Assembly: GCA_965205015.1 (NCBI GenBank)
Contig: OZ242029.1
Coordinates: forward strand, 1,024,001 to 1,088,000
DNA length: 64,000 nucleotides
Origin: Candidatus Poribacteria bacterium
GTDB taxonomy: Bacteria > Poribacteria > WGA-4E > WGA-3G
Direction of reading: 5' to 3'
The translations under genes were made by a program, and so were the position numbers. Below are positions 1 to 9,935 of the stretch, in pieces. Numbering within the stretch: position 1 is the first letter of the stretch; the number at the start of each line of letters is the position of its first letter. The notes under the pieces are model-generated. The model made no database searches and was not told the origin of the DNA. It worked only from the letters and a program-made list of their open reading frames with translations.

Positions 1-1382
1 ACAGAAACTCGCTGATTCGCCTCCGGCAAAGCCGCTTGCCATCCGGCGTGCAGTCGCTCGCTGAGATGTGAGACGAGCTCAGCGTTTTCGGGAAGATCCA
101 CGATATTAACGGTTTCATCCGGGTCGGCATCGTAGTCGTAAAGTTCTCGTCCTCTTTTTCCATCACGTCCCCACTCAGTGTATCGATACTGCATCGTCCG
201 CATGGACCAGCCGCTTCCACCACGCTGGCTGAAAGCAGCAGTTTTCCATGGACGTGTCGGTTGCTCGATGACAGGCATCAGACTTAAACCCTCTAACGCT
301 GAAGGCACGAGCAGCCCACACGCTTCACATAACGTTGGATAGATATCAACCAACTCAGCAAGCGCATCGGTTCGACTCGGTTGTTGCCCTGGAACACTGA
401 TGATCATCGGAGAACGGAGCCCAACTTCAAAAAGCGTATTCTTACGCCAAGTCCCATGCTCCCCGAGATGAAAACCGTGATCGCCACAGAAAACGACAAC
501 CGTATCTTTAGTTAGCCCAAGTGAGTCGAGTTGATTTAGGACGCGTCCGACTTGCGCATCCATATAACTTGTGGACGCGGCGTACGCCCGAATTAATTCT
601 AAAGTTTTCTCTTCAGAAATCGGGACATCACCGGAAGGGATATCTGAATAGAGCCTAAATAGATTTATACTGTTACGTGCCACAACCGGAGAATTTTTGG
701 GATAGTCAGAAGTAACCGGCAAGTCAAAGGTTTGTGTATTGTATAAATCGTAATACTTGCGCGGTGCGTGGAAGGGCAAGTGTGGCTTATCAAAACCAAC
801 AGCTAAAAAAAATCGCTGGTTTTTAATATCCGCCAAAATTCCCTCTGTCTCCTTCGCAGTCTGACCATCGGTGAATGCATCGTCTGGAACGTCAAGCGCT
901 TTCCACGATGGGCCCGGAATGAAAGCCTCCCAAGCATGATCTACCTTACCAACAGAGTGTGTAGTGTAACCGTTCTCATTAAAATATTGGCGCAAGCCCA
1001 CGACATCAGGTAATATCTCCCGAAAATCCCCAGCGTTACCCAAAATACCCGTCGTCTGGGGCCGCAAGCCAGTCAGTAGAGACGTTCGAGAAGGGTTACA
1101 GAGTGGCACTTGGCAATAAGCACGATTGAAGAGAATCCCTCGCTCCGCGAGCCGGTCAATGTTAGGTGTATGTATTTCTGGATGACCATAACATCCAAGC
1201 AAAGGACGCAGGTCATCAACAATGATGAATAACACATTGTATTGTCCCTGTGCATTCACACGGCGTTTCGGTAAAAGTCCCGTCGTAAAGGCAGCCGCCC
1301 CCGCTTTCAAACCTGTTGAGAGGAAGTTCCGCCGCGTAAATCGTCCGGAGAACGCGTGCTTCTGCTTCACATCTTTTATCAT
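1..1382 (-). CDS. Tat-exported formylglycine-dependent sulfatase (iduronate-2-sulfatase/choline-sulfatase-like), copy A; 3' end runs off the window
   Basis: Not in the ORF track because its stop is outside the window. ATG at 1382 reads MIKDVKQKHAFSGRFTRRNFLS..., then DDLRP, CNPSR (CxPxR), GKVDH, KPHLPF, DHGFHLGEH; start matches the 1392..3443 paralog. Confidence 0.93.
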   Translation of the reverse strand, partial: MIKDVKQKHAFSGRFTRRNFLSTGLKAGAAAFTTGLLPKRRVNAQGQYNVLFIIVDDLRPLLGCYGHPEIHTPNIDRLAERGILFNRAYCQVPLCNPSRTSLLTGLRPQTTGILGNAGDFREILPDVVGLRQYFNENGYTTHSVGKVDHAWEAFIPGPSWKALDVPDDAFTDGQTAKETEGILADIKNQRFFLAVGFDKPHLPFHAPRKYYDLYNTQTFDLPVTSDYPKNSPVVARNSINLFRLYSDIPSGDVPISEEKTLELIRAYAASTSYMDAQVGRVLNQLDSLGLTKDTVVVFCGDHGFHLGEHGTWRKNTLFEVGLRSPMIISVPGQQPSRTDALAELVDIYPTLCEACGLLVPSALEGLSLMPVIEQPTRPWKTAAFSQRGGSGWSMRTMQYRYTEWGRDGKRGRELYDYDADPDETVNIVDLPENAELVSHLSERLHAGWQAALPEANQRVS

Positions 1383-1670
1383 CTGATCTCCTTATTTTAC
1401 AATTACCATACGTCGCGTAGCATTCACCCCTCCTGCGCGAAGTGTGTATAAATAGACACCACTCGCAACGGGTTCTCCAACAGCATTCCGACCATCCCAA
1501 TACGCCGCACGCGATCGAGTCCGATAGGTCCCAGCACCTTGAAATCCGAGTGATAACCGACGAATAGATTCACCTTCTACATTATAGATGTCAATCTCAA
1601 CATCCGAATCTTCCGCCAAATCGTACGGAATCCACGTCTCAGGATTAAATGGATTCGGATAGTTCGCCAG
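1230..1670. repeat. ~440-bp near-identical direct repeat, copy 1 (sulfatase B/A junction)
   Basis: Matches 3291..3731 at offset 2061 with only scattered substitutions; covers the C-terminal domain of one gene, the spacer and the signal peptide of the next. Confidence 0.9.
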
Positions 1671-3443
1671 AAGCACCGTTTCCGTGGGGATTGCCGTATT
1701 TATGAGATGTTCTAAGGCAGCAATGCCCTGCTGAAAAGCAAAAGAACCATCATTCGCAAGATGTGCTTCAGTGAGCCACTGTTCCACTAAGTCAAAATGC
1801 TCCGTACTCATAGTGGGGCGCGTCGACGGAGTAGCAGGAACGCTGGATTCACCGAAATGCCCAGCAACCAGAATCAAGTCAAGAATGTTAACTTTACCAT
1901 CCTTATTCACGTCAACTTTCGGGTGTGCCGGCGTTTCCTCACCAATACTGCTTGAAATTAGGACGAGATCCCGGATATCAACGACCCCATCGTTATTTAT
2001 ATCCCAAGGTAACGCTTGTGAGATAGGTATTTGTTGGTGCCCGTCCGGCAAAGCCGCCTTCCACCCAGCGCGAAGCTGCGCGCTGAGATGTGCGACGAAT
2101 TCTGCGTTTTCTGGTAGGTTCGCGATATTGACCGTCTCACCTGGATCCGTTTGATGATCGTAAAGTTCTTTACCGAGCCATGCATTTTCTCCCCATTCGG
2201 TATATCTGTATTGCTCCGTTCGCATCGAGCGTTTTCCATTCTTCTTTCCAACTTCGCTGAAGGCAGCGGACTTCCATGAAGTCGTCGGATTTTTTATAAC
2301 CGGAACCATACTAATCCCTTCTACCTGTGAAGGCGTAGGAAGTTGACATGCATCACATAACGTCGGAAAAATATCAACAAGTTCTACTAATGCATCCGTT
2401 TTGGCACCAAGATGTTTCTGACCTGGAATACTCACAATCAGGGGTGACCTAAGTGCAACTTCATACACGGTTCTCTTCCCCCACGTTTCATGCTCTCCCA
2501 GATGGAACCCGTGGTCGCCACAGAAAGCAATAACTGTATTTTCAGTTAGCCCAAGCAAGTCGAGTTGATTTAGGACGCGTCCGACTTGAGCATCTACATA
2601 ACTTGTGGACGCGGCATACGCCCGAATTAATTCTAAAGTTTTCTCTTCAGAGAGTGGAACATTTCCGGGGGGTATATCTGAATATGCTTTTATTTCATGT
2701 TTAGCGTGCGGAATTACGTGTGGAACGTCATTGGTAATTGGGGAATCATACAATTCATAATATTTTGTTGGAGCGTTGAAAGGCATATGTGGTTTGTAAA
2801 ATCCGAGCGTCAGAAAAAATGGCTGCTCCTTAACCGCCTCTAAAACTTTGATTGCATGATTCGCAATTTCTCCATCCTCCAGCTGATCGTCGGCAACATC
2901 AAACGCTTGCCAAGATGGACGCCCCTCATAAGGCCGCCACTTCGGCCACCAAATCGGAACGCTCCAAGAAAGTCTATCATTGCGTGCCTTAAGTCCATGG
3001 TCAACTTTACCGATTGAGCGGGTATGGTAACCGTGGGCTTTGAAATGCTGTGGTAACGTCACAGCATCAGGTACAGTCTGTCGAAAATCCGCGTAATTAT
3101 CCCGGACCCCGCTTGTCGTCGGACGCAACCCCGTCAGCATAGATGCCCGAGAAGGATTACAAACCGGAAATTGGCAATAAGCACGGTTGAAAAGCGTGCT
3201 GCGCTCAGCAAGCCGGTCAATATGGGGGGTATGCATCTCAGGATGTCCATAACATCCTAAAAGGGGACGCAGGTCATCTATAATGATAAATAACACATTG
3301 TATTGTCCCTGCGCATTCACACGGCGTTTCGGTAAAAGTCCCGTCGTAAAGGCAGCCGCCCCCGCTTTTAAACCTGTTGAGAGGAAGTTTCGACGCGTAA
3401 ATCGTCCGGAGAACGCGTGCTTCTGCTTCACATCTTTTATCAT
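1392..3443 (-). CDS. Tat-exported sulfatase, copy B, with dockerin-like EF-hand pair and FlgD/T9SS-CTD-like C-terminal domain
   Basis: TRRNFL Tat motif; CNPSR; DHGFHLGEH; WDINNDGVVDIRDL and DVNKDGKVNILDL repeats; NYPNPFNPETWIPY...GVYLYTL tail. Confidence 0.95.
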   Translation of the reverse strand: MIKDVKQKHAFSGRFTRRNFLSTGLKAGAAAFTTGLLPKRRVNAQGQYNVLFIIIDDLRPLLGCYGHPEMHTPHIDRLAERSTLFNRAYCQFPVCNPSRASMLTGLRPTTSGVRDNYADFRQTVPDAVTLPQHFKAHGYHTRSIGKVDHGLKARNDRLSWSVPIWWPKWRPYEGRPSWQAFDVADDQLEDGEIANHAIKVLEAVKEQPFFLTLGFYKPHMPFNAPTKYYELYDSPITNDVPHVIPHAKHEIKAYSDIPPGNVPLSEEKTLELIRAYAASTSYVDAQVGRVLNQLDLLGLTENTVIAFCGDHGFHLGEHETWGKRTVYEVALRSPLIVSIPGQKHLGAKTDALVELVDIFPTLCDACQLPTPSQVEGISMVPVIKNPTTSWKSAAFSEVGKKNGKRSMRTEQYRYTEWGENAWLGKELYDHQTDPGETVNIANLPENAEFVAHLSAQLRAGWKAALPDGHQQIPISQALPWDINNDGVVDIRDLVLISSSIGEETPAHPKVDVNKDGKVNILDLILVAGHFGESSVPATPSTRPTMSTEHFDLVEQWLTEAHLANDGSFAFQQGIAALEHLINTAIPTETVLLANYPNPFNPETWIPYDLAEDSDVEIDIYNVEGESIRRLSLGFQGAGTYRTRSRAAYWDGRNAVGEPVASGVYLYTLRAGGVNATRRMVIVK

Positions 3444-3731
3444 CTGATCTCCTTATCTTACAATCACCATACGTCGCGTAGCATTCACCCCTCCTGCGCG
3501 AAGTGTGTATAAATAGACACCACTCGCAACAGGTTCACCGACAGCATTCCGACCATCCCAATACGCCGCACGCGACCGAGTCCGATAGGTCCCAGCACTT
3601 TGAAATCCGAGCGATAACCGACGGATAGATTCACCTTCTACATTATAGATGTCAATCTCAACATCCGAATCTTCCGCCAAATCGTACGGAATCCACGTCT
3701 CAGGATTAAATGGATTCGGATAGTTCGTCAG
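3291..3731. repeat. ~440-bp near-identical direct repeat, copy 2 (sulfatase C/B junction)
   Basis: Aligns by eye with 1230..1670. Confidence 0.9.
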
Positions 3732-5537
3732 GAGCACCGTTTCCAGCGGCACTACAGAATTGATGAGGCCTTCCAAGGCAGCAATGCCTTTCTGAAAATC
3801 AAGAGAACCGTCATTCGAGAGACGCGCTTCAGTCAGCCACTGTTCCACTAAGTTAAAATGCTCCGTACTCATAGTGGCGCGTGTTGACGGAGTAGCAGGA
3901 ACACTGGATTCGCCAAAATGCACAACAACCAACAGCAGGTCAAGAATGTCAATTTCACCATCTTTGTTCACATCAACTTTCGGGTGTGTTGGCGTTTCCG
4001 CACCAAAATTGTTTGAAACCAGAACGAGATCCCGGACATCAATGACTCCATCGTCATTTACATCCCAAGGTAATGTACGCGGAACAGAAACTCGCTGATT
4101 CGCTTCCGGTAAAGCCGCTTGCCACCCAGCGTGCAGCTGCTCGCTGAGATGTGAGACGAGTTCTGCATTTTCCGGTAAAGCCGCGATATTGACAGTCTCG
4201 CCTGGGTCAGTCTCATAATCGTAAAGTTCTACGCCACGGCGGCCGTTTTGTCCCCATTCGGTGTATCGGTACCGCCGCGTACGCATGGAGTGACCATGTA
4301 TATTACTGCCTCTCTCGAGTTGACTAAACGCTGCGGCCTTCCATGGATATGTCGGTTGTTCAATAACAGGCACCATACTAATACCTTCTAACTCTGTTGG
4401 AATAGGTAATTGACACATATCACACAAAGTCGGATAGATGTCAACAAGTTCAACAAGAGCATTGGTTTTAGTATTAGGGGAGGTTTGACCCGGTACGCTA
4501 ACTATCAGTGGTGAACGTACAGAATCTTCAAACAAAGTATTTTTTCTCCAGAGCCCGTGTTCACCCAGATGAAATCCATGGTCTCCCCAGAAAACCACGA
4601 CTGTGTTTTCCGTGAGCCCCAGCGTATCTAATTGATTGAGGACTTGGCCCACCTGGGCATCAACGTAACTTGTCGTTGCCGCATACGCCCGAATTAACTC
4701 TGAAGTTTTCTCGTCATCAAATGGCGGATACTTTGAGATATCTTGATACGCTTTTAATCCCTTAGGATTGGAAGCTATCTCCGGAGCGTCTTGGGGAAGA
4801 CTGGAATCAACAGGAGCAGTAAAGGTTTGAGGCGGATATAGATCAAAATATTTGCTTGGGGCGTAGAAGGGCAAATGCGGTTTGTTGAAACCGACGGCAA
4901 GGAAAAATTCTCGATCCTTAATCTCCTCTAAAACTTCCACTGCTGCATTTGCGATCCTGCCATCTTCTAATTCACTATCAGCAACATCAAGCGCTTGCCA
5001 CGATGGATTCATTGTTTTATCAATAGGTCTCCAAAACTCTCTCCAAATTGGATCACTCCAAGAAAGTTGGTCCAATAAGGCGTTAGGACCGTGCGTGATT
5101 TTACCGACAGACCGTGTATGATAGCCGTGAGCTTTGAAATGTTGTGGCAACGTTACAACTTCCGGTACTGTATTACGAAAATACGCGAAATTATCATATA
5201 CACCCGCTGTATCGGGTCTGAGACCGGTAAGAACAGAAGCCCGTGAGGGATTGCAAACCGGGAATTGGCAATAAGCACGGTTGAAGAGTGTACCCCTCTC
5301 GGCTAAAGCATCAATGTTGGGGGTGTGCATCTCTGGATAGCCGTAGCATCCAAGTAGCGGTCGTAAATCATCAATAGCGATGAACAAAACATTATATTTC
5401 CCTTGGGCACTCGTTTTTCGATTCGGTAGAAGTCCAGTTGCAAAAGCAGCCGCGCTTGTCTTCAAACTCGTTGAAACAAACTCCCGCCGAGTAAATCGCC
5501 GGGAGACTACTTTTTCATGCTTCATATCTTTTATCAT
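3453..5537 (-). CDS. Tat-exported sulfatase, copy C, same architecture
   Basis: TRREFV Tat motif; CNPSR; DHGFHLGEH; dockerin-like repeats; YPNPFN tail. Confidence 0.95.
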   Translation of the reverse strand: MIKDMKHEKVVSRRFTRREFVSTSLKTSAAAFATGLLPNRKTSAQGKYNVLFIAIDDLRPLLGCYGYPEMHTPNIDALAERGTLFNRAYCQFPVCNPSRASVLTGLRPDTAGVYDNFAYFRNTVPEVVTLPQHFKAHGYHTRSVGKITHGPNALLDQLSWSDPIWREFWRPIDKTMNPSWQALDVADSELEDGRIANAAVEVLEEIKDREFFLAVGFNKPHLPFYAPSKYFDLYPPQTFTAPVDSSLPQDAPEIASNPKGLKAYQDISKYPPFDDEKTSELIRAYAATTSYVDAQVGQVLNQLDTLGLTENTVVVFWGDHGFHLGEHGLWRKNTLFEDSVRSPLIVSVPGQTSPNTKTNALVELVDIYPTLCDMCQLPIPTELEGISMVPVIEQPTYPWKAAAFSQLERGSNIHGHSMRTRRYRYTEWGQNGRRGVELYDYETDPGETVNIAALPENAELVSHLSEQLHAGWQAALPEANQRVSVPRTLPWDVNDDGVIDVRDLVLVSNNFGAETPTHPKVDVNKDGEIDILDLLLVVVHFGESSVPATPSTRATMSTEHFNLVEQWLTEARLSNDGSLDFQKGIAALEGLINSVVPLETVLLTNYPNPFNPETWIPYDLAEDSDVEIDIYNVEGESIRRLSLGFQSAGTYRTRSRAAYWDGRNAVGEPVASGVYLYTLRAGGVNATRRMVIVR

Positions 5538-5546
5538 TTGTTCCCC

Positions 5547-7619
5547 CTACTTCAAAATCACCATTTGACGTGTAGCTTTGACCTGACCCACCTGAAGCGT
5601 GTAGAAATAGACACCGCTTGCCACAGGTTCACCCTCAGTATTACGACCATCCCAATACGCAGCTCGCGATTGATCCCGATAAGTGCCAGCAACCTGGAAA
5701 CCGATCGATAACTGCCGGACAGATTCACCGCTCAGATTATAGATTTGGATATCAACATCTGAGTCTTCCGCCAAATCATAAGGTATCCATGTTTCTGGGT
5801 TAAAAGGGTTAGGATAGTTCGGCAAAAGAACTGTTTCCGTTGGCAGAGCAGCGTCAACTAATTCCTCTAAGGCCGCGATACCCTTACGAAAAATAGAAGA
5901 ACCATCATTTGCGAGACGGGCATCAATGAGCCACCGCTTCACCAAGTCAAGATGTTTTGTATCAATATCGACGTGTGTCGGCGGGGCAGCAGGATTACCC
6001 GATTCACCCAAATGGGCAGCAACCAGAAGCAAGTCAATGATATCAACACTGCCATCTTGATTTACATCAGCCTTCGGATGTTTTGGTGCTGCCGCGCCAA
6101 GACTGTTTGATATAAGGACAAGGTCAAGGATATTAACAATACCATCGTCGTTAACATCCCACGGTAGCGTCGATGGAACAGCGAATGGTTTTTGGGTATC
6201 AGGTAAAATTATCTGCCAATGATCATAGAGTTTCTTCCTGAGATATGCGACCAGGTCCTTATTTTTAGGCAGATAGGCAACGTTAACTGTCCCATCCGGG
6301 TCTACATGATAATTGTAAAGTTCGCGCCCAGCGTCTGCATCGATTTGCCACCGGGACCTCTCTTCAGTATATCGGTACTGATCGGTACGAACAGAACGCC
6401 GATCTACCGACAAAGACCTTGTCTGGCTATATACCTCTGTTTTCCAAGCACGTGTGGGCTGATTAATTACAGGAATCATGCTAACACCTTCTAATCGCGT
6501 TGGGATAGGAAGGTGACACGCTTCACACAAAGTCGGATAAAGGTCAACAAGTTCTACAAGTGCATCTGCTTTACTACCGAGTTTCCCAGGGACATTAACA
6601 ATTAATGGAACACGGAGAGACTCCTCAAAAAGGGTATCCTTACCCCACATCCCATGTTCTCCAAGATGATAACCGTGGTCACTACAAAAAATGACGACTG
6701 TCCTGTCAGTTAGTCCCAGCACATCAAGATGATTGAGAACACGCCCGACTTGGGCATCCATGTAACTTAGCGCTGCTAAGTATCCGAGCACTAACTCTAA
6801 AACCTTCTCTTCAGAGAGCGGAGTACCATCCGAGGGTATACCAGAATAGTGTGTTATCTCATGTCGAAATGGCAGAAATATGGCCGGGCGAGTTTTGAAA
6901 GTATGTGTATCGTATAAATCGAAATATTTCTTAGGAACACTATACGGCAAATGCGGCTTGTCGAACCCAACAGCGAGAAAAAACGGTAAATCTTGAACTT
7001 CATCTAAAACCTTTATTGTCTGTTCCGCGGTTTTACCATCCCTGAGTTCGTCGTCAGCAACGTCAAGTGCTTGCCAAGCAGGAATCCCTTTATAAGGGCG
7101 TCCGCTTGGTCTCCAACTCGGCACACTCCAAGAAAGTTCATCGGATAGATCTGCAGAACCGTGTTCAATTTTACCAACAGACCGGGTGTGGTAACCGTGG
7201 ACTTTGAAATATTGTGGTAACGTCACAGCATCAGGCACTGTTTGTCGAAAGCCTACATGATTATCTCGGACACCATTTGTGTCCGGACGCAATCCAGTCA
7301 GCATAGATGTCCGGGAAGGGTTACAAAGTGGGTATTGACAATAGGCACGGTTGAAAAGCGTGCTCCGCTCGGCGAACCGGTCAATATTAGGCGTATGTAT
7401 TTCCGGATGACCATAACACCCAAGCAAAGGTCGCAAGTCATCCGCAATGATAAATAACACATTGTACTGTTCATCGGAAACAGCGTAGGGTTTAGGCAAC
7501 AAACCTGTTGTGAAAGCGGCAGTCCCTACTTTCAAACTGGTTGAGAGGAAATCCCGCCGTGTTAAAAGACGTATTGTTGGAGAGTGTCTTCGCGCTTGTC
7601 TAACCGGATCTTTGTGCAT
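5547..7619 (-). CDS. Tat-exported sulfatase, copy D, same architecture
   Basis: TRRDFL Tat motif; CNPSR; DHGYHLGEH; dockerin-like repeats; YPNPFN tail. Start placed at ATG 7619 (MHKDP) rather than 7667 so the Tat motif is near the N-terminus; start uncertain. Confidence 0.93.
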   Translation of the reverse strand: MHKDPVRQARRHSPTIRLLTRRDFLSTSLKVGTAAFTTGLLPKPYAVSDEQYNVLFIIADDLRPLLGCYGHPEIHTPNIDRFAERSTLFNRAYCQYPLCNPSRTSMLTGLRPDTNGVRDNHVGFRQTVPDAVTLPQYFKVHGYHTRSVGKIEHGSADLSDELSWSVPSWRPSGRPYKGIPAWQALDVADDELRDGKTAEQTIKVLDEVQDLPFFLAVGFDKPHLPYSVPKKYFDLYDTHTFKTRPAIFLPFRHEITHYSGIPSDGTPLSEEKVLELVLGYLAALSYMDAQVGRVLNHLDVLGLTDRTVVIFCSDHGYHLGEHGMWGKDTLFEESLRVPLIVNVPGKLGSKADALVELVDLYPTLCEACHLPIPTRLEGVSMIPVINQPTRAWKTEVYSQTRSLSVDRRSVRTDQYRYTEERSRWQIDADAGRELYNYHVDPDGTVNVAYLPKNKDLVAYLRKKLYDHWQIILPDTQKPFAVPSTLPWDVNDDGIVNILDLVLISNSLGAAAPKHPKADVNQDGSVDIIDLLLVAAHLGESGNPAAPPTHVDIDTKHLDLVKRWLIDARLANDGSSIFRKGIAALEELVDAALPTETVLLPNYPNPFNPETWIPYDLAEDSDVDIQIYNLSGESVRQLSIGFQVAGTYRDQSRAAYWDGRNTEGEPVASGVYFYTLQVGQVKATRQMVILK

Positions 7620-7690
7620 TATATGAATGAATTCAATCTTTAATAATAGGCAAGACATGCGTCTCACCCATACGGAATTTAAACGTCTAT

Positions 7691-8695
7691 CTAAGGACTA
7701 TACCCGAGTTCTCTCATGGTATCAAGGAAAAGAGGAGCGATTTTTGGATGAATATCAAACGGGTCCCTCGCGGGTACCGGATGCAAGGTCTGCCGAGCAT
7801 ATTCTCGGAAAGTGTTGTCTGGTGGCAGTTCACAGAAGTTGCATAACGCGATGAGTGTTTTGTCCGGCTCTGATGTCAAATCCTCGAAACGGACGAGATG
7901 GATATCATCAGACAGGGTGTGCTTGAGACGGAGCCCTTCCTGCATGGTGAGTATCCACTCTATGGCTGCCCTGTCAAGATGTCGCTTAAAATGTTTAATT
8001 TCATTAACCATTTCAGCAAGCACTGAATCTGTTTTAACAAGTTGTTCGACGATAAGCCTCCACTTTCGGTCATCAACCCCCCACCAGTCATGTCTTTCAC
8101 CCTTGACTTGAACGCTAAGCCGCTTTGACCAAGTTGCGATTGAATGACACGTATCCCAGCCATTTCGCACCAGAAAGATAAAACGGGCATCAGGAAATAG
8201 GGTCCGCACGAAATCAACCCTGAAGATGAGCTCTGGATACTTATCAACAAGACGCTTTGAACGGGTCACTGTCAAATAGGCACCGAACATCTGGGAGGCG
8301 CGTTGACACATTTCATCTGTTGCATCTTCGGCAGTGAGCCGATATTTCGCATCGGAAACCTGACTGTAGTTCCCGATAATGTCCTCATGCGGGTGAATGA
8401 GGTGCCATATCGCTTTCGGTTCGTTGAGGTAACCGATTTCCCTGTGCATGGACAGCACGATACCGAGTATCGTAGTGCCGCTGCGTCCTGTGCCTAAAAT
8501 GAAGATCGGTTTCTCAATTGACTTGTACCTGTTTTTAGTCGTAGAGACTATATTTAAAAGAGAAAAAACGATCGGATTTATCCAGCGACCTTTGGTAGTT
8601 ACGGGGCGCCCTTCAAAGAGTGCATAACTAATAAAGCGGGTTAATACTTTCATTGGGCGCGTTTTGATGTAATTCGGATTAATTTGGGCAATCAT
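7691..8695 (-). CDS. PAPS-dependent sulfotransferase (Sulfotransfer_3-like)
   Basis: IFILGTGRSGTT 5'-PSB loop; LNEP; VDKYP; FIFLVRNG 3'-PB; VRFEDL. Confidence 0.9.
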   Translation of the reverse strand: MIAQINPNYIKTRPMKVLTRFISYALFEGRPVTTKGRWINPIVFSLLNIVSTTKNRYKSIEKPIFILGTGRSGTTILGIVLSMHREIGYLNEPKAIWHLIHPHEDIIGNYSQVSDAKYRLTAEDATDEMCQRASQMFGAYLTVTRSKRLVDKYPELIFRVDFVRTLFPDARFIFLVRNGWDTCHSIATWSKRLSVQVKGERHDWWGVDDRKWRLIVEQLVKTDSVLAEMVNEIKHFKRHLDRAAIEWILTMQEGLRLKHTLSDDIHLVRFEDLTSEPDKTLIALCNFCELPPDNTFREYARQTLHPVPARDPFDIHPKIAPLFLDTMRELGYSP

Positions 8696-8710
8696 TTATA
8701 GTTGTCAGTT

Positions 8711-8816
8711 TTAACCATCAACTTGAAGAAACACCCCGATGAATGCCACACGCGCATTCAGCGTTGATTCGCAAAAACCCTCCGTTATAAGTGTTAAAGC
8801 ATGAGTTGATGGTTAA
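8711..8816. mobile_element. Candidate 106-bp MITE with 13-bp perfect terminal inverted repeats
   Basis: TTAACCATCAACT (8711-8723) and AGTTGATGGTTAA (8804-8816); TTAA at both ends; non-coding interior. Confidence 0.55.
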
Positions 8817-8894
8817 GGTTTTCAGTTTCCAGTCCGGAGGATGCTATGGATGTGGCAAGCGTTTGTAGCCACTACACGCCTTATCTGTTGGCTC

Positions 8895-9902
8895 CTAAAA
8901 CCGTCTTTTCAGGGTTTGAGGGATACTTTTCATCCGGTCAAGATTAAAGAGGAACGCTCCCCCTAATTTCACTGGAAACGTCAATAGATGAAGCATCAAA
9001 CTCGCGACATTAGGTTGTATTGAAACGGGACTGTAACTATGTTTCTTCATGAGCGCTGCAGTTATCTTTTGGTTAAGGTAGATTTCAGCCGAACTGAGTT
9101 CTTCGCCAGTTGTGTCGCTGTGCCAACTGTGTGCTCGATGCGGGTTAATACCGAGTTGTTGGGGCTGATCTTCTGCGACAGAAGAACCGACTTGCGGGAC
9201 TCGGAGCATCTCATCGGTGTAAGTAATACCTGCAAAATCACAGAGACGCTTGACAGTTTTTTCAGGGTGTGTGAGGAGCTCCTCAAAGTAGACAGAAATA
9301 ACACGTTCGTGGTGTGCAAATTGATCCGCGGCGTTGACAGCAGTGCGCCAGATGTGGCTGATGGTTATCGGATGATAGTTCATCCAATCACGAAGCGTCT
9401 CTTTCATAGGCATATCACTTCCACCGAGAAACCGGCGTTTCCACTTCCTTTTCTGGGATAGCAGCACATCGCGCGGGTCACGAATCATGTTAATGATCCT
9501 TGAATTCGGATAAAGTTCAAGGATATCCGCAATATAAAAGACATTCCGTGGCGTCTGATCACAAGGGATAGTTCTATCGTTTTCGGTAGCCTCATGACGG
9601 AGAAAAGCTTCAAAGAGCACGGCTGATGTATCGGGATAGATCGTTAAGCCGTCAAGAAACATCTGTGCCTCGCTTAGAAACCGGCGTGGGTTTCCGTGTG
9701 TGCGATACCCCTCCCGTTGAATACAGAATAGTTGTGAAGCGAGTTTTTCTATCTCTTTTTTACCAACTTCTGATGAAAAAGGCGGTGCGCATAACTGACC
9801 GAAGCAGTGGAGTTCACCAAAGGTATAAACACATGGGTGTTTTCCTAAAATCCGACCCATCATCGTTGTGCCACTGCGACTATTTCCTACAACAAATATC
9901 AT
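8895..9902 (-). CDS. PAPS-dependent sulfotransferase (Sulfotransfer_3-like)
   Basis: IFVVGNSRSGTT; DQTPRN; MIRDPRDV.S; YFEEL. Confidence 0.92.
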   Translation of the reverse strand: MIFVVGNSRSGTTMMGRILGKHPCVYTFGELHCFGQLCAPPFSSEVGKKEIEKLASQLFCIQREGYRTHGNPRRFLSEAQMFLDGLTIYPDTSAVLFEAFLRHEATENDRTIPCDQTPRNVFYIADILELYPNSRIINMIRDPRDVLLSQKRKWKRRFLGGSDMPMKETLRDWMNYHPITISHIWRTAVNAADQFAHHERVISVYFEELLTHPEKTVKRLCDFAGITYTDEMLRVPQVGSSVAEDQPQQLGINPHRAHSWHSDTTGEELSSAEIYLNQKITAALMKKHSYSPVSIQPNVASLMLHLLTFPVKLGGAFLFNLDRMKSIPQTLKRRF

Positions 9903-9935
9903 TTTTCTAATGGTTATCAGTCATCGAGCTTTCCT

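Noticed and set aside
1850-2010. Cellulosome component
   Set aside because: Dockerin-like repeats are present, but no cohesin/scaffoldin or cellulase is seen in the window.
1-7667. Diversity-generating retroelement (template/variable repeat pair)
   Set aside because: No reverse transcriptase in the window; differences between copies look mostly synonymous and not adenine-specific.
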